From an uncultured Bacillota bacterium (GTDB lineage Bacteria; Sysuimicrobiota; Sysuimicrobiia; Sysuimicrobiales; Segetimicrobiaceae): DNA of 64,000 bases. The DNA is taken from contig CAWDRG010000017.1 in NCBI GenBank assembly GCA_963804645.1, positions 640,001 to 704,000 on the forward strand. Direction: 5' to 3'. Of the stretch, positions 19,625 to 28,871 are shown in pieces. The notes under the pieces are model-generated. The model had not been told where the DNA came from. It was given only the letters and a program-made list of their open reading frames with translations, and ran no database searches. Position numbers and translations under genes: made by a program. Each line of letters opens with the position of its first letter. Position 1 is the first letter of the stretch.

Positions 19625-21141
19625 GAGGGCGGCTCCAGCGGAGGCTCCTCCGCGAAACTCGGTTGCCGTCCGGTCGCGGTCCAGGTGTCCCCCGCGAACG
19701 GCGGCCGCTCGGGAAAGACCCGCTCCAGGTTGCGGACGGCGCGCTCGACCAGGATCCGCTCGCACTCGGGCGAGACCGGCGCCGGCAGCCCGTGGGGCCG
19801 ATTTCCGTACTCGGGCTCGTACCCGCCCTCCGGGTACGACGCCGCGGTCGGAAAGTAGCAGACCTCGCCGTTCGCGTAGCCGGCGTACAGCGTGGGCGCC
19901 GCCGGCGACCGTTCCTTGACCGCGAGCCCGATCTCGGTGAAGATCTCCCCCGGCCCGGTCACGATCGCACCCTGACCGATCCGGATCGCGTTGATCGGGC
20001 CGGCACCGTAGGTGACGGCGGTGCCGGCGCGGATCTGCGCCTCCGTGCGCCGCGCCCACACCAGATGGTAGCGCCAGATGTTGCGCTGGGCGGGTCCGCC
20101 GCTGCGCTCCGCCTCCGCGAACGCGGCCTCGTACTGCGCGCGCAGCCGCCCGATCTCGTCGAGGGTCGGAAGCGGCAGGAGCGGAAAGCGGACGTCTTCC
20201 TCGACCGCGGCGAGCACCGGCGCCTCGTCCAGGTCGTCCCGGTAGCGGTAGAGCGAAAAGGGCGTGGCGGAACCGTCGGGCCTCCGCTCCCACCGCCGCC
20301 GCCCCGCGGTGCGGTCGGCCAGCGCGTGCAGCGCCTCCAGCGCGAGCCGGCGGCCGAATCGCTCCGCGTCCCCGTGGCCGGCGAACGCGACGCGCGGCAG
20401 CACGTTGCCGCCGGCGCCCTGCAGAAACACCGCCTCGCCGCCGGTCCAATCCCGGAGCGCCCGCCGCATCGGCCCCGGATAATCGGCCGAGTAGTCAAAG
20501 ACGTCCGGGCCCACGGTGACCGGGTGGCACCCGTACGACACGACGGTCGCGATCGCCGACCCGTCGGCCCGTCTCGCCTGGAGGGCCGTCACCGAGCGAT
20601 CGACGAGGCCGTCCGGACGCCAGCCGAGGATCACGCGGCCGTCCGGCGCGCGCTCACGCCGGTTCACCGCCAGATCCGCGGCGCCGAGCCCCCACGCGAC
20701 CGCCGCGGGCTCGAGTCGATGCGACGCGAGCGCGGCGGCCTCCACGATGCGCTCGTACATCGTGTCGAGATAGGCGCCGAGCGCCCCTAGCGTCTCGTCC
20801 GTAGGGTCGCCGCCCCCGAGCCCGAGGTCCCCGAAGCTGCGGTCGCCGGGCGGCGCGCAATGGGTGTGGTTCCAGTTCAAGATCACACCCTCGGGCGCGG
20901 CGCCCGCGGCGGCCGCGACCCGCGCGCGCAGCGCATCGACCGCCGGGCGCTGAATCGCCGCGGTGTCCACCCCGCACAGCAGGACGCGCGTCCCGCCCAC
21001 CTCGAGCGCGAGCGCGGTCACCTCGAGCGGCGCCCCGTACCCTTCGGCGTGCCGGTAGCGCCGGATAAACCCCTGCATCGGCAGCCCGAGCGGCGGGGCG
21101 ATCGACAGCGCGGCGGCCCCCGCGCGCAGCGGCCCGGTCAT
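19621..21141 (-). CDS. Neutral/alkaline ceramidase-like amidohydrolase
   Basis: Motifs NHTHCAP, VNRR, SYGCHP, SADYPG, FLQGAGG, PGEIF, GYANG..YFP and GGYE. Confidence 0.8.
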   Translation of the reverse strand: MTGPLRAGAAALSIAPPLGLPMQGFIRRYRHAEGYGAPLEVTALALEVGGTRVLLCGVDTAAIQRPAVDALRARVAAAAGAAPEGVILNWNHTHCAPPGDRSFGDLGLGGGDPTDETLGALGAYLDTMYERIVEAAALASHRLEPAAVAWGLGAADLAVNRRERAPDGRVILGWRPDGLVDRSVTALQARRADGSAIATVVSYGCHPVTVGPDVFDYSADYPGPMRRALRDWTGGEAVFLQGAGGNVLPRVAFAGHGDAERFGRRLALEALHALADRTAGRRRWERRPDGSATPFSLYRYRDDLDEAPVLAAVEEDVRFPLLPLPTLDEIGRLRAQYEAAFAEAERSGGPAQRNIWRYHLVWARRTEAQIRAGTAVTYGAGPINAIRIGQGAIVTGPGEIFTEIGLAVKERSPAAPTLYAGYANGEVCYFPTAASYPEGGYEPEYGNRPHGLPAPVSPECERILVERAVRNLERVFPERPPFAGDTWTATGRQPSFAEEPPLEPPS

Positions 21142-21193
21142 CGGCCCCGCCTTCGGACCGGCGCGAGCGGTGCGTGCGTGAGACGGCGCATGC

Positions 21194-21967
21194 TTAGGCT
21201 CCCACGATCAACCGGATGAGATCGTCCATCGTCACGGTATGGCTCGGCACGTCGGCGACCTTCTGCCCGTGCCGCATCACCACCACGTGGTCGGCGAGCT
21301 CGATCACGTGCGGCAGGATGTGACTGACCATCACCACCGCGACGCCGCGGTCCACGATGCTCCGCACGAGGTCGAGGACCGCGCGCGCCTCCTGCACGCC
21401 GAGCGCCGCGGTGGGCTCGTCCATGAAGAGCACATCGGTGGTCCAGAACGCGGCACGGGCGATCGCGACCGACTGCTGCTGCCCGCCCGACAGCTTGCCG
21501 ACCGGCACGCCCCGGAGGCTCGGGATTTTGACGTTGAGCCGCCGGATCTCCTCGCCGGCGAGGTGGCGCATCCGCGCCTCGTCGAGGCGGCGGAGCATCG
21601 GCAGCCCCATCACCGGCCGGGTGAGCTCGCGCCCGAGAAAGATGTTGCTGACCGCGTCCAGGTTCGGGGCGAGGGCGAGCTCCTGGTACACGACCTCGAC
21701 CCGCTGCCGGCGCGCGTCCAGCGGGCCCGCGAACCGCGTCTCGCCGCCCCGCAGCATCAACCGTCCCGCGTCCGGCTGCAGCGCCCCGGTCAGCATCTTG
21801 ACGAGCGTGGACTTGCCGGCGCCGTTGTCGCCGACGATGGCGGTCAACTCCGCGTGACGGATGTCGAGATCGACGCCGCGGCACGCCTCGATCGGGCCGA
21901 AGCGCTTCGACAGCCCGCGCGCGGCGTAGACGACCTCGCCCTTCGCCCGAACGGCGGGCGCGCTCAC
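21194..21967 (-). CDS. Sugar ABC transporter ATP-binding protein (single domain)
   Basis: Walker A GDNGAGKS, signature LSGGQQQ, Walker B FMDEPT and SH switch. GTG is coupled to the permease TGA. Confidence 0.93.
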   Translation of the reverse strand: MSAPAVRAKGEVVYAARGLSKRFGPIEACRGVDLDIRHAELTAIVGDNGAGKSTLVKMLTGALQPDAGRLMLRGGETRFAGPLDARRQRVEVVYQELALAPNLDAVSNIFLGRELTRPVMGLPMLRRLDEARMRHLAGEEIRRLNVKIPSLRGVPVGKLSGGQQQSVAIARAAFWTTDVLFMDEPTAALGVQEARAVLDLVRSIVDRGVAVVMVSHILPHVIELADHVVVMRHGQKVADVPSHTVTMDDLIRLIVGA

Positions 21968-22986
21968 CGCGCCCGCCTCTTCGCGCGGTACTCGTCGACG
22001 ATCACCGCGAGCAGGAGCGCGGCGCCCTGGACCACCAACTGCCACTGGTTCGACAGATTGAGCAGCGTCAGGCCGTTGGCGACCACCCCGAGCACGAACA
22101 CCCCGATCACGGTCCCGACCACCGAGCCGCGGCCGCCCCCAAGCCCGGTCCCGCCCAGGATCACCGACGCGATGATCGGCAGTTCGAGGCCCTGCGCCGC
22201 GTACGCCAGCCCCGTCCCGGTGAAGCCGGCGAGCACGATGCCGCTGAACGCGGCGAATATGCCGCTGAGCACGTACATCTGCATGCGGCGGCGCTCCACG
22301 GGGATACCGGCCAGCCGCGCCATGCTGCCCCCGGGGGTGCCGCCGATCGCGTAGATGTGCCGCCCGAACACCGTGAAGCGCATCCACCAGCCGACGAGCA
22401 GAAACGCCACGAGCATGAACAGCGCCGGCACGGGCAGGCCCAGCAGCGTCCCCTGCCCGATGTACAGAAAGTGCCGCTCGGTGATGACGAGCTCCTGGCT
22501 CTGCACGACGAGGAACGCCGCGCCCCGGACCACGAACTGGGTCGCGATCGTGACGATCAGGGGGTTGATGCCGAGATACGTCACGATCGCGCCGTTCACC
22601 ATGCCGACGAGCGCCCCCGACGCGAGCCCCGCGGCGATCACCAGAGGCCACGGGACCCCTTTCGCCAGCAGCTCCGCGCACACGGTGCCCGCGAGCGCCA
22701 TGACCGCGGAGATCGAGAGGTCCAGCCCGCCGCCGATCAGGACGAGCGTCGTGATCGCGGCCGTGATGCCCGTGTACGACACCGCGCGCGCGACGTTGAG
22801 CGCGTTCTGCGGCAGGAGAAAATACGGCGACAGCGCGGCGAAGATCGCGCACAGGACCAGGAACGCGCCGAACAGCCCGATCTGGTCGGACCCGGAGCCG
22901 CCGAGCCACGCCGCGACCGGGCCGCGGGGCCGACGCGTTCTGGACACGTCTCCGGCGGCGTCCAGCGGCCCGGAGCGGGACCCCAT
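21964..22986 (-). CDS. Sugar ABC transporter permease (RbsC-like)
   Basis: Motifs GGLDLS, NPLIVTIA, TVFGRHIYAIGG and ELPIIASVILGGTGLGGGRG; many TM helices. Confidence 0.93.
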   Translation of the reverse strand: MGSRSGPLDAAGDVSRTRRPRGPVAAWLGGSGSDQIGLFGAFLVLCAIFAALSPYFLLPQNALNVARAVSYTGITAAITTLVLIGGGLDLSISAVMALAGTVCAELLAKGVPWPLVIAAGLASGALVGMVNGAIVTYLGINPLIVTIATQFVVRGAAFLVVQSQELVITERHFLYIGQGTLLGLPVPALFMLVAFLLVGWWMRFTVFGRHIYAIGGTPGGSMARLAGIPVERRRMQMYVLSGIFAAFSGIVLAGFTGTGLAYAAQGLELPIIASVILGGTGLGGGRGSVVGTVIGVFVLGVVANGLTLLNLSNQWQLVVQGAALLLAVIVDEYRAKRRAR

Positions 22987-22994
22987 TCCCGAGC

Positions 22995-24077
22995 TCAGGG
23001 AATGTTGCTCTTATCGAGCACGTGCAGCTGCTGGTGGATCTCGGTGGGGACGGGCTTGTCCTCGAAGATGTCCATGGCCAGCGGCACGAGGTAGTTGGCG
23101 TACCCGCTCCAGCCGAAATCGACCGTCCCGACAAACGCGCCGCCGGCCTTGATCACCGGGGTGGCGTCCGAGCCGCCGCCGGCGCCCATCACGACGCCGT
23201 CGGCGGTCCGGTTCGCGCCCTGAAACGCGTTCGTGGCGCCGATCGCGAAGATGTCGGCGATGGTACAGACCAACACGTGGTGGTCGTTCGGGTGGGCGGT
23301 CAGCCAGTCGGTCGTCTTCGTCTGGGCGTCCGCCGTGCTCGGGGCCACGCTCGGGAGGTTATCGACCCGGACGCCGGGCAGCGCGGCCTGCACCGCCGCC
23401 TGACAGTCGCCGATCCGCAGCCCGATCGACTCGCCAAGCCCGGGATCCTGCACCCCGAGCACGGTCACGGTGTTGGCGGCCCAATTGTGCTGCTTCACAT
23501 AGGCGGCCAGATACTGGCCCTCGGCCTTGCCGACGTCGGAGTTGCTGGCGCCGAACACCACGGTATTGGGCGCGGGCGCCGTCACCTGAATGATCGGCGT
23601 GCAGCCGCGCGCGTAGATGCCGTTCACCGCCTGCATCACGGCCGTGAGGACGTTGAAGCTGATCACGACGCTCGGGCCGCGGAGCTCGATCGCCTGGGCC
23701 TGCGTGACCGGCTCGGTCGTGCTGGGCAGTGCGTAGTTGCCGATCAGCAGCGGGATCCCGAGCTTCTGCGTCACCGCCATCATGCCGTTGTTGAAGGCGT
23801 CCAGCAGCGGCTGCCCCTGGCCCTGTTCCCCAAACCCGATGCGCATCGGCCGCAGCGGCTGGCGGAGCACCGCGACCCACTTCGCCGGATGCGTGCTGGC
23901 CGGCTTATAGCTGCAGCTCAGCTTGTCCCAGACGACCCAGGTATCGCTCGTCGACCCCGGCTCGACCGTCGAGATCACCTGCGGCGCGCCGAGCGCGGGG
24001 GACAGCGCCATGACGGAGCAGACCAGGGCCAGGCACGCACCCACGAGCCGCCGATCAAGCCAAGACCATCGTGTCAT
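22995..24077 (-). CDS. Sugar ABC transporter substrate-binding protein (RbsB-like, divergent)
   Basis: Signal peptide (LVGACLALVCSVMALSPALG), periplasmic-binding type I features (DWLTAHP, D..AIGA, GTVDF) and position at the head of the ABC genes. Start chosen by GAGGT spacing; alternatives are 24080 and 24089. Confidence 0.8.
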   Translation of the reverse strand: MTRWSWLDRRLVGACLALVCSVMALSPALGAPQVISTVEPGSTSDTWVVWDKLSCSYKPASTHPAKWVAVLRQPLRPMRIGFGEQGQGQPLLDAFNNGMMAVTQKLGIPLLIGNYALPSTTEPVTQAQAIELRGPSVVISFNVLTAVMQAVNGIYARGCTPIIQVTAPAPNTVVFGASNSDVGKAEGQYLAAYVKQHNWAANTVTVLGVQDPGLGESIGLRIGDCQAAVQAALPGVRVDNLPSVAPSTADAQTKTTDWLTAHPNDHHVLVCTIADIFAIGATNAFQGANRTADGVVMGAGGGSDATPVIKAGGAFVGTVDFGWSGYANYLVPLAMDIFEDKPVPTEIHQQLHVLDKSNIP

Positions 24078-24245
24078 CATCAACCTCACGAAGGTGCGAC
24101 GTGTGCGAGCAACGACCGCAGAGCGCGCGTACCGCCCGGGTGCGCGCCATCCTGGTTCGACCCGGCGCCCGCGTCACCTGCCCCGCGGCCCCGCGCGAGG
24201 CCAAGCGTACCGTGCCGACCCGCAGGCCGCGGTCGCCGCGCGAGA

Positions 24246-24299
24246 TTCATCGGGTCCGCGCACCGGGTTCATCCGACCTTCACCCGGCCGGGATACAGT
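24246..24299 (+). promoter_or_regulatory. Putative activator-dependent promoter: phased TTCAYC repeats plus -10 TACAGT
   Basis: TTCATC at 24246 and 24268 and TTCACC at 24279 (11-bp phasing); TACAGT at 24294-24299. Confidence 0.4.
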
Positions 24300-24384
24300 A
24301 GGGTCGGAGGCGCTCATTCGGGGACTCGGCGCCGAGCCACCGCGCGAGCACCGGCCGCACAGATCGTACGGGAGGTGGGGACAG

Positions 24385-24660
24385 ATGACACTGACGTCGA
24401 GGGTAAAAGCTCGGTCCGTGCAGATCGCGATGGTGGGCATGGCGGTGCTCGCGCTCGGCGCGCTGCCGGCCTTTGCGGACACGCCGTACCACGGCGGGCG
24501 GGCACCGCAGCAGCAGGTCATGCAGTGGGGCCGAGACACCGGCTGCGACGCGCGGGCGCCCCAATGGGACCGAGGCGGGCGCCGCGACGTCCGCGGGTGC
24601 GCGACAGACTTCACGCACCGGGATAACCGATTCGATCAGCACCAGGACAACCGGCGGTAG
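24385..24660 (+). CDS. Small secreted hypothetical protein (91 aa)
   Basis: GGAGGTG RBS and ATG 24385. Signal peptide ends ALPAFA-D; the mature part is polar and low-complexity; a hairpin follows. Confidence 0.65.
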   Translation: MTLTSRVKARSVQIAMVGMAVLALGALPAFADTPYHGGRAPQQQVMQWGRDTGCDARAPQWDRGGRRDVRGCATDFTHRDNRFDQHQDNRR

Positions 24661-24675
24661 GCTCGGCAGTCGAAC

Positions 24676-24713
24676 CGTGCCGGGAGCGCGGCCCGCACCG
24701 CGCTCCCGGCACG
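24676..24713 (+). terminator. Stem-loop after the small secreted gene
   Basis: 16-bp perfect inverted repeat CGTGCCGGGAGCGCGG / CCGCGCTCCCGGCACG with a 6-nt loop. No U-tract. Confidence 0.6.
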
Positions 24714-24816
24714 TGCGTGCGGCGAGCGGCGGGGCCCGCCGATGAGGTACTATAGTGTGCGAGCGTACGGATCACCCGCGGCGCGGGCGCGCGCCGGCCA
24801 AAGGGAGGGAACAGCG

Positions 24817-25059
24817 ATGGAAGATCAGGATGTCCTCGGCAGGATTAATGCGCTCGCCCACGAGGAGCATGCGATCTGGCAGAAGGAATCCCGCGGCGAA
24901 GCCAGCGAGACCGATCGGAAGCGCCTGAGCGAGCTCGAAGTCATGCTGGACCAGTGTTGGGATCTGCTGCACCAGCGCAAAGCCCGCAGAGCGGCCGGTC
25001 TCAATCCGGAGGACGCCAAGCCGCGCGACCCGCGGACGGTGGAGGGCTACATCGGTTGA
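24817..25059 (+). CDS. DUF2630-family protein
   Basis: GGAGG RBS. MEDQDVLGRINALAHEEH...LEVMLDQCWDLLHQRKARR...VEGY matches the DUF2630 pattern as I recall it. A -10-like TATAGT lies at 24751-24756. Confidence 0.8.
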   Translation: MEDQDVLGRINALAHEEHAIWQKESRGEASETDRKRLSELEVMLDQCWDLLHQRKARRAAGLNPEDAKPRDPRTVEGYIG

Positions 25060-25172
25060 CGTCGGCGACCCAAGCCAGCTGCACCGGAACAGCGGCAGCC
25101 AACCCGATGCAGTCGGGACCCCGATCGTCGACCGCACGGTCTCGCAGTGCAGCGCAGTAAGGAGGGTCGCGC

Positions 25173-25817
25173 ATGAACGTTGGGGTGCTGGGAAGCGGGG
25201 ACGTCGGGAAGGCGCTGGGCCAGGGGTTTGTCCAACTCGGACACCGCGTCATGATGGGGTCCCGCGAACCGAACAGCGCGGGCGCCGTCGCGTGGGCCGC
25301 GGCCGCCGGTCCCAACGCCTCCCACGGCACGTTCGCGCAGGCGGCGCAGTTCGGCGACGTGGTCGTCCTCGCGACGCTCGGCGTGGCGTCGGAGAACGCG
25401 ATACGGCTGGCCGGGGTTGACCAGTTCCGCGGCAAGCTGGTGCTGGACGCGACGAACCCCCTCGATGCATCGAAAGGGATGCCGCCGGTGCTCGTCGGCG
25501 GGGTCGGGGATTCGGGCGGAGAGAAGCATCAGCGCCTGCTGCCGGACGCGCACGTGGTGAAGGCCTTCAACACCGTGGGGCACGCCCTGATGTTCCGCCC
25601 GCAGCTACCCGGCGGCCCCCCCGACATGTTCATCTGCGGCCAGAGCGCCGATGCCAAGAAGCGCGCGGCGGAGATCTGCAGGGACTTCGGCTGGGAGGTC
25701 GTCGACGTCGGCGGGATCAGCGCCGCGCACTACCTCGAGGCGATGTGCCTGGTGTGGGTGCTGGCGGGGGTGAGCGGCGGCAACTGGAAGCAAGCATTCA
25801 AGCTGCTCCGCGCCTGA
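25173..25817 (+). CDS. NADP oxidoreductase, F420_oxidored (NADPH-dependent F420 reductase-like) family
   Basis: Motifs VLGSGDVG, GSR, LDATNP, SGGE, VVKAFNT and DVGG. Confidence 0.85.
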   Translation: MNVGVLGSGDVGKALGQGFVQLGHRVMMGSREPNSAGAVAWAAAAGPNASHGTFAQAAQFGDVVVLATLGVASENAIRLAGVDQFRGKLVLDATNPLDASKGMPPVLVGGVGDSGGEKHQRLLPDAHVVKAFNTVGHALMFRPQLPGGPPDMFICGQSADAKKRAAEICRDFGWEVVDVGGISAAHYLEAMCLVWVLAGVSGGNWKQAFKLLRA

Positions 25818-25854
25818 GCGGACGACCCGGCAGGCTCCGCCGTCGCCCCCTCAG

Positions 25855-25886
25855 ACAAGAGCCCGGGGAATCCCCCGGGCTCTTGT
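25855..25886. terminator. Probable bidirectional intrinsic terminator
   Basis: 14-bp perfect stem ACAAGAGCCCGGGG / CCCCGGGCTCTTGT between convergent genes. Confidence 0.75.
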
Positions 25887-25914
25887 GTCGTGCACGTCCG
25901 AGCGCGCGTGGCGT

Positions 25915-28200
25915 TCAGGACGCGGGCTGGCCTCGGAGCTGTAGCGCGGCCTTGACCCGCACGGGCGTGAACGGAACCGTGCGCAGCCGCGCCCCCGTCG
26001 CGTCGAAGATCGCGTTCGCGATCGCCGGCGCGGTGGTGACCGTCGCGGGCTCCCCGGCGCCCGCCGGCGGCAGCTCAGGATGGCTGATGAGGACGGTCTC
26101 GACGCTGTCGGGCACATCCGGCGCGCGCAGGATCGGATAGGTCACCCAGTCCACGCTGGTCACGCCGGAGGGCCCGAACCGGACCTCCTCCATCAGCGCC
26201 CGGCTCGTCGATTGAATCACGTTCGCCTCGATGGTCCCCCGCAGTCCGTCGGGGTTGATGATCAATCCGCAGTCGTGCGCCACGACGACGCGGGGCACCC
26301 GGACCTCGCCGGTGGTCTGGTTCACCTCCACCTCGACGACGGTCGCGACGCGCGTCCCGCCCCTCGGCGCATAGGCGATGCCGCGTCCCACGGCCAGGCC
26401 GGCTCGCGATCTCCCGCTCTTGGGCGACGGGCGCGTGTCCCACCCCGCCTGCTGCGCGGCCGCGCGCACGACCGCGAGATCGCGCGGATCCTTGAGATAG
26501 CGCAGCCGGAACTCGACCGGGTCCATCCCGACGGCCGCCGCCATCTCATCGACGAACGACTCGCCGCCAAAGGTCGTGGCCGGCTGGCTGGGCGCCCGCA
26601 GGTTCGCGGTGCGCAGCGGCGACGTGTTCTGCGCCCACGGCACGATCTCGCCGATCTTGCGCTTGGCGGGAAACGCATAGTTCTCCTGAAATGTCGTCGG
26701 GACGTCGACCCCGTTCGCCGACAGCCCGGCCAGCTGCCCGGCCAGCATATCTCCCGCGGTCGCGGGGCTGGCGGGAATTCCGCTTCCCGAGAAGGCGCGC
26801 GCGGTGTAGTCCCACGCGACCACCGCACCGCGGTCGTCCAGGCCCGCGCGCACCGCCATCACCACCGGGGGCCCCTTCGGATCCCAGGCCGTGTCGTCCG
26901 CCCGCATCCACTGCACCCGCACCGGCCTGCCGACGGCCTGCGAGAGCAGGGCCGCGTCGCCGGGCACGTCTTCCGCCCCGCTGCGTCCGTAGGACCCGGC
27001 GCCCTCGACCCAAATTACGTGCACCGCGCTGGCCGACATCCCGAGCAGCTCGGCGATACCCCGCTGCAGCTGGTGCGGATGCTGAGTGCTCGACCAGACC
27101 GTCGCCCCGCCGTCCCGGACGTCCACGACGGCGCAGCCGGGTCCCATCATCGCGTGCGCCTGGAACGGCCATTGGTAGCGGGCCTCGACCGTGCGCGACG
27201 CCGACTTGAACGCCGCGTCAACGTCGCCCACCTGTCCCATCGTCCGGCGGGTCGTGGGCGACATCGCCCACATCGCCGTGTAGAGGCCGTCCATCGCCGG
27301 CCACGTCGCGGTCGACGTCGACCACGTGACCTTGACCGACCGAGCCGCCTGGATCGCCTGCCATTCGTTCTCCGCGACGACCCCGACGAAGTTGCCCTTG
27401 GTCACGACCTTGATCAACCCGGGAAGCCCCTGTGCCCCGTCGACGCGCACCAATGTGGCGCCGGGCACCGGCGGCCGAATCACCCGACCGTGGACCATCC
27501 CGGGCACCCGCACGTCCACGATGTAGGTAAACTGGGCCGTCGCCTTGGGGGGAATATCGAAACGCGGGACGGCCGTGCCGACGATCGTGTACTCGCTCGG
27601 GGATTTCGGCTGTGCGGTGCCGGTCGCGCCGAGCGAGAAGCTGCTCCCGCTCGTCTGCAGCGTCACGTCGAAGCGCCGCCCGCCGATCAAGTCCCCGTAG
27701 GACACGCTCTTCGACGGGTCATCCGCCTCCTGCACGACGCCGTTCCGGACCACGAGGCGATCGGGCGCCACGCCGAGGCGGGCCGATGCGAGTTCGAGCA
27801 GCACCCGCCGGCCCTCCGCGGCGGCCTGGCGAATCGGCCTCGAGCCGACCGCGATCGAGGTGCTCCCGCCCACGCCGCCCTGATCGGGCGTCCGCGCGGT
27901 ATCGCCCAGGACCAGCGAGACCGCCCGCACCGGCACGTCCAGCTCCTCGGCGACGATCTGCGCAAATGCCGTCGAGACACCCATCCCCAGCTCGACCTTG
28001 TCGGTGAACACGGTCACGCTGCCGTCTTGCGCGATGGCCAGCCACGAGTCGACCTCGTTGGGGGCCGCTGCCGACGCCGCGCCGGCGGCGTTGGGATCCC
28101 ACCCGGCCACCGCCGCCGGCATGGCGAACCCGACCACGATCGCGCCGGAGGCCTTGAGGAACTGACGTCGCGAGAGGCTCTGCGACTGCGTCATGGTCAT
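25915..28200 (-). CDS. Tat-exported xanthine oxidase-family molybdopterin subunit (IorB/aldehyde oxidoreductase beta-like)
   Basis: ATG 28200 is coupled (ATGA) to the 2Fe-2S gene. Twin-arginine signal SRRQFLK; motifs KVELGMG, AEELDV, GDT, GSYG, LRAP, DCGLIINP and GAGEP. Confidence 0.9.
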   Translation of the reverse strand: MTMTQSQSLSRRQFLKASGAIVVGFAMPAAVAGWDPNAAGAASAAAPNEVDSWLAIAQDGSVTVFTDKVELGMGVSTAFAQIVAEELDVPVRAVSLVLGDTARTPDQGGVGGSTSIAVGSRPIRQAAAEGRRVLLELASARLGVAPDRLVVRNGVVQEADDPSKSVSYGDLIGGRRFDVTLQTSGSSFSLGATGTAQPKSPSEYTIVGTAVPRFDIPPKATAQFTYIVDVRVPGMVHGRVIRPPVPGATLVRVDGAQGLPGLIKVVTKGNFVGVVAENEWQAIQAARSVKVTWSTSTATWPAMDGLYTAMWAMSPTTRRTMGQVGDVDAAFKSASRTVEARYQWPFQAHAMMGPGCAVVDVRDGGATVWSSTQHPHQLQRGIAELLGMSASAVHVIWVEGAGSYGRSGAEDVPGDAALLSQAVGRPVRVQWMRADDTAWDPKGPPVVMAVRAGLDDRGAVVAWDYTARAFSGSGIPASPATAGDMLAGQLAGLSANGVDVPTTFQENYAFPAKRKIGEIVPWAQNTSPLRTANLRAPSQPATTFGGESFVDEMAAAVGMDPVEFRLRYLKDPRDLAVVRAAAQQAGWDTRPSPKSGRSRAGLAVGRGIAYAPRGGTRVATVVEVEVNQTTGEVRVPRVVVAHDCGLIINPDGLRGTIEANVIQSTSRALMEEVRFGPSGVTSVDWVTYPILRAPDVPDSVETVLISHPELPPAGAGEPATVTTAPAIANAIFDATGARLRTVPFTPVRVKAALQLRGQPAS

Positions 28201-28736
28201 GCTCCTCCCGTCCCCGCGGCCCGCTTCACCGCCCGCAGGATGCGCATGTGCGCGCCACAGCGGCAAATCAGCCCCGAGAGCGCCGATCGGATCTCCCCGT
28301 CGCTCGGATGCGGGTTCGTGGCTAAGAGCGCGGTCGTGGTCATGATCCAGCCGTTGATGCAGTATCCGCACTGCATCGCCTGCTCCGCAATGAACGCCTG
28401 CTGCACCGGATGCGGGTGCTCGAGCGTCCCGAGCCCTTCCAGCGTCGTGATCGGCTGATCGCCGACGGCGGACACCGGCAGGCTGCAGGACCGCAGGGCC
28501 GCCCCCGCGAGGAGCACGGTGCACGCTCCGCACTGCCCGAGTCCGCAGCCAAACCGCGGTCCGTGGAGCTGCAGTTCGTCGCGCAGGACGTACAGGAGGG
28601 GCGTATCGGGCGCCACCGTGACCGAGTGCGCCGTCCCGTTGACCGTGAGCTTGAAGGAGTTCATGGGGCCCGACGCTGGGGCCGCCGCCAGTATCCCGAC
28701 CTGGCCAGACCCGCGACTGACGGGATCTCCGCTCAT
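28197..28736 (-). CDS. (2Fe-2S)-binding small subunit (IorA/CoxS-like)
   Basis: GGAGGTG RBS. Cys motifs GCGLGQCGAC, RSC, QCGYC and CRC. Confidence 0.93.
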   Translation of the reverse strand: MSGDPVSRGSGQVGILAAAPASGPMNSFKLTVNGTAHSVTVAPDTPLLYVLRDELQLHGPRFGCGLGQCGACTVLLAGAALRSCSLPVSAVGDQPITTLEGLGTLEHPHPVQQAFIAEQAMQCGYCINGWIMTTTALLATNPHPSDGEIRSALSGLICRCGAHMRILRAVKRAAGTGGA

Positions 28737-28803
28737 CGCACTTCACCTCCAACAGACCGACCGGGACTGAGACTCTTTTAATGGATACTCTCTACCGCTA
28801 CAT

Positions 28804-28844
28804 TGACATGAAACTCCCGCGATGTCACGCCCGTGTCACACGGG
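28804..28844. promoter_or_regulatory. Putative operator array upstream of the iorAB-like genes
   Basis: Inverted repeat TGACAT-N12-ATGTCA (28804-28827) and direct repeat TGTCAC at 28823 and 28834 (11-bp period). Confidence 0.4.
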
Positions 28845-28871
28845 GCCGCATGACGGCCGCGGTGCGTGTCG

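Noticed and set aside
28803..28808. Perfect TTGACA as a + strand sigma70 promoter
   Set aside because: There is no matching -10 at 16-18 bp and no + strand gene downstream. It is better explained as half of the TGACAT/ATGTCA palindrome.
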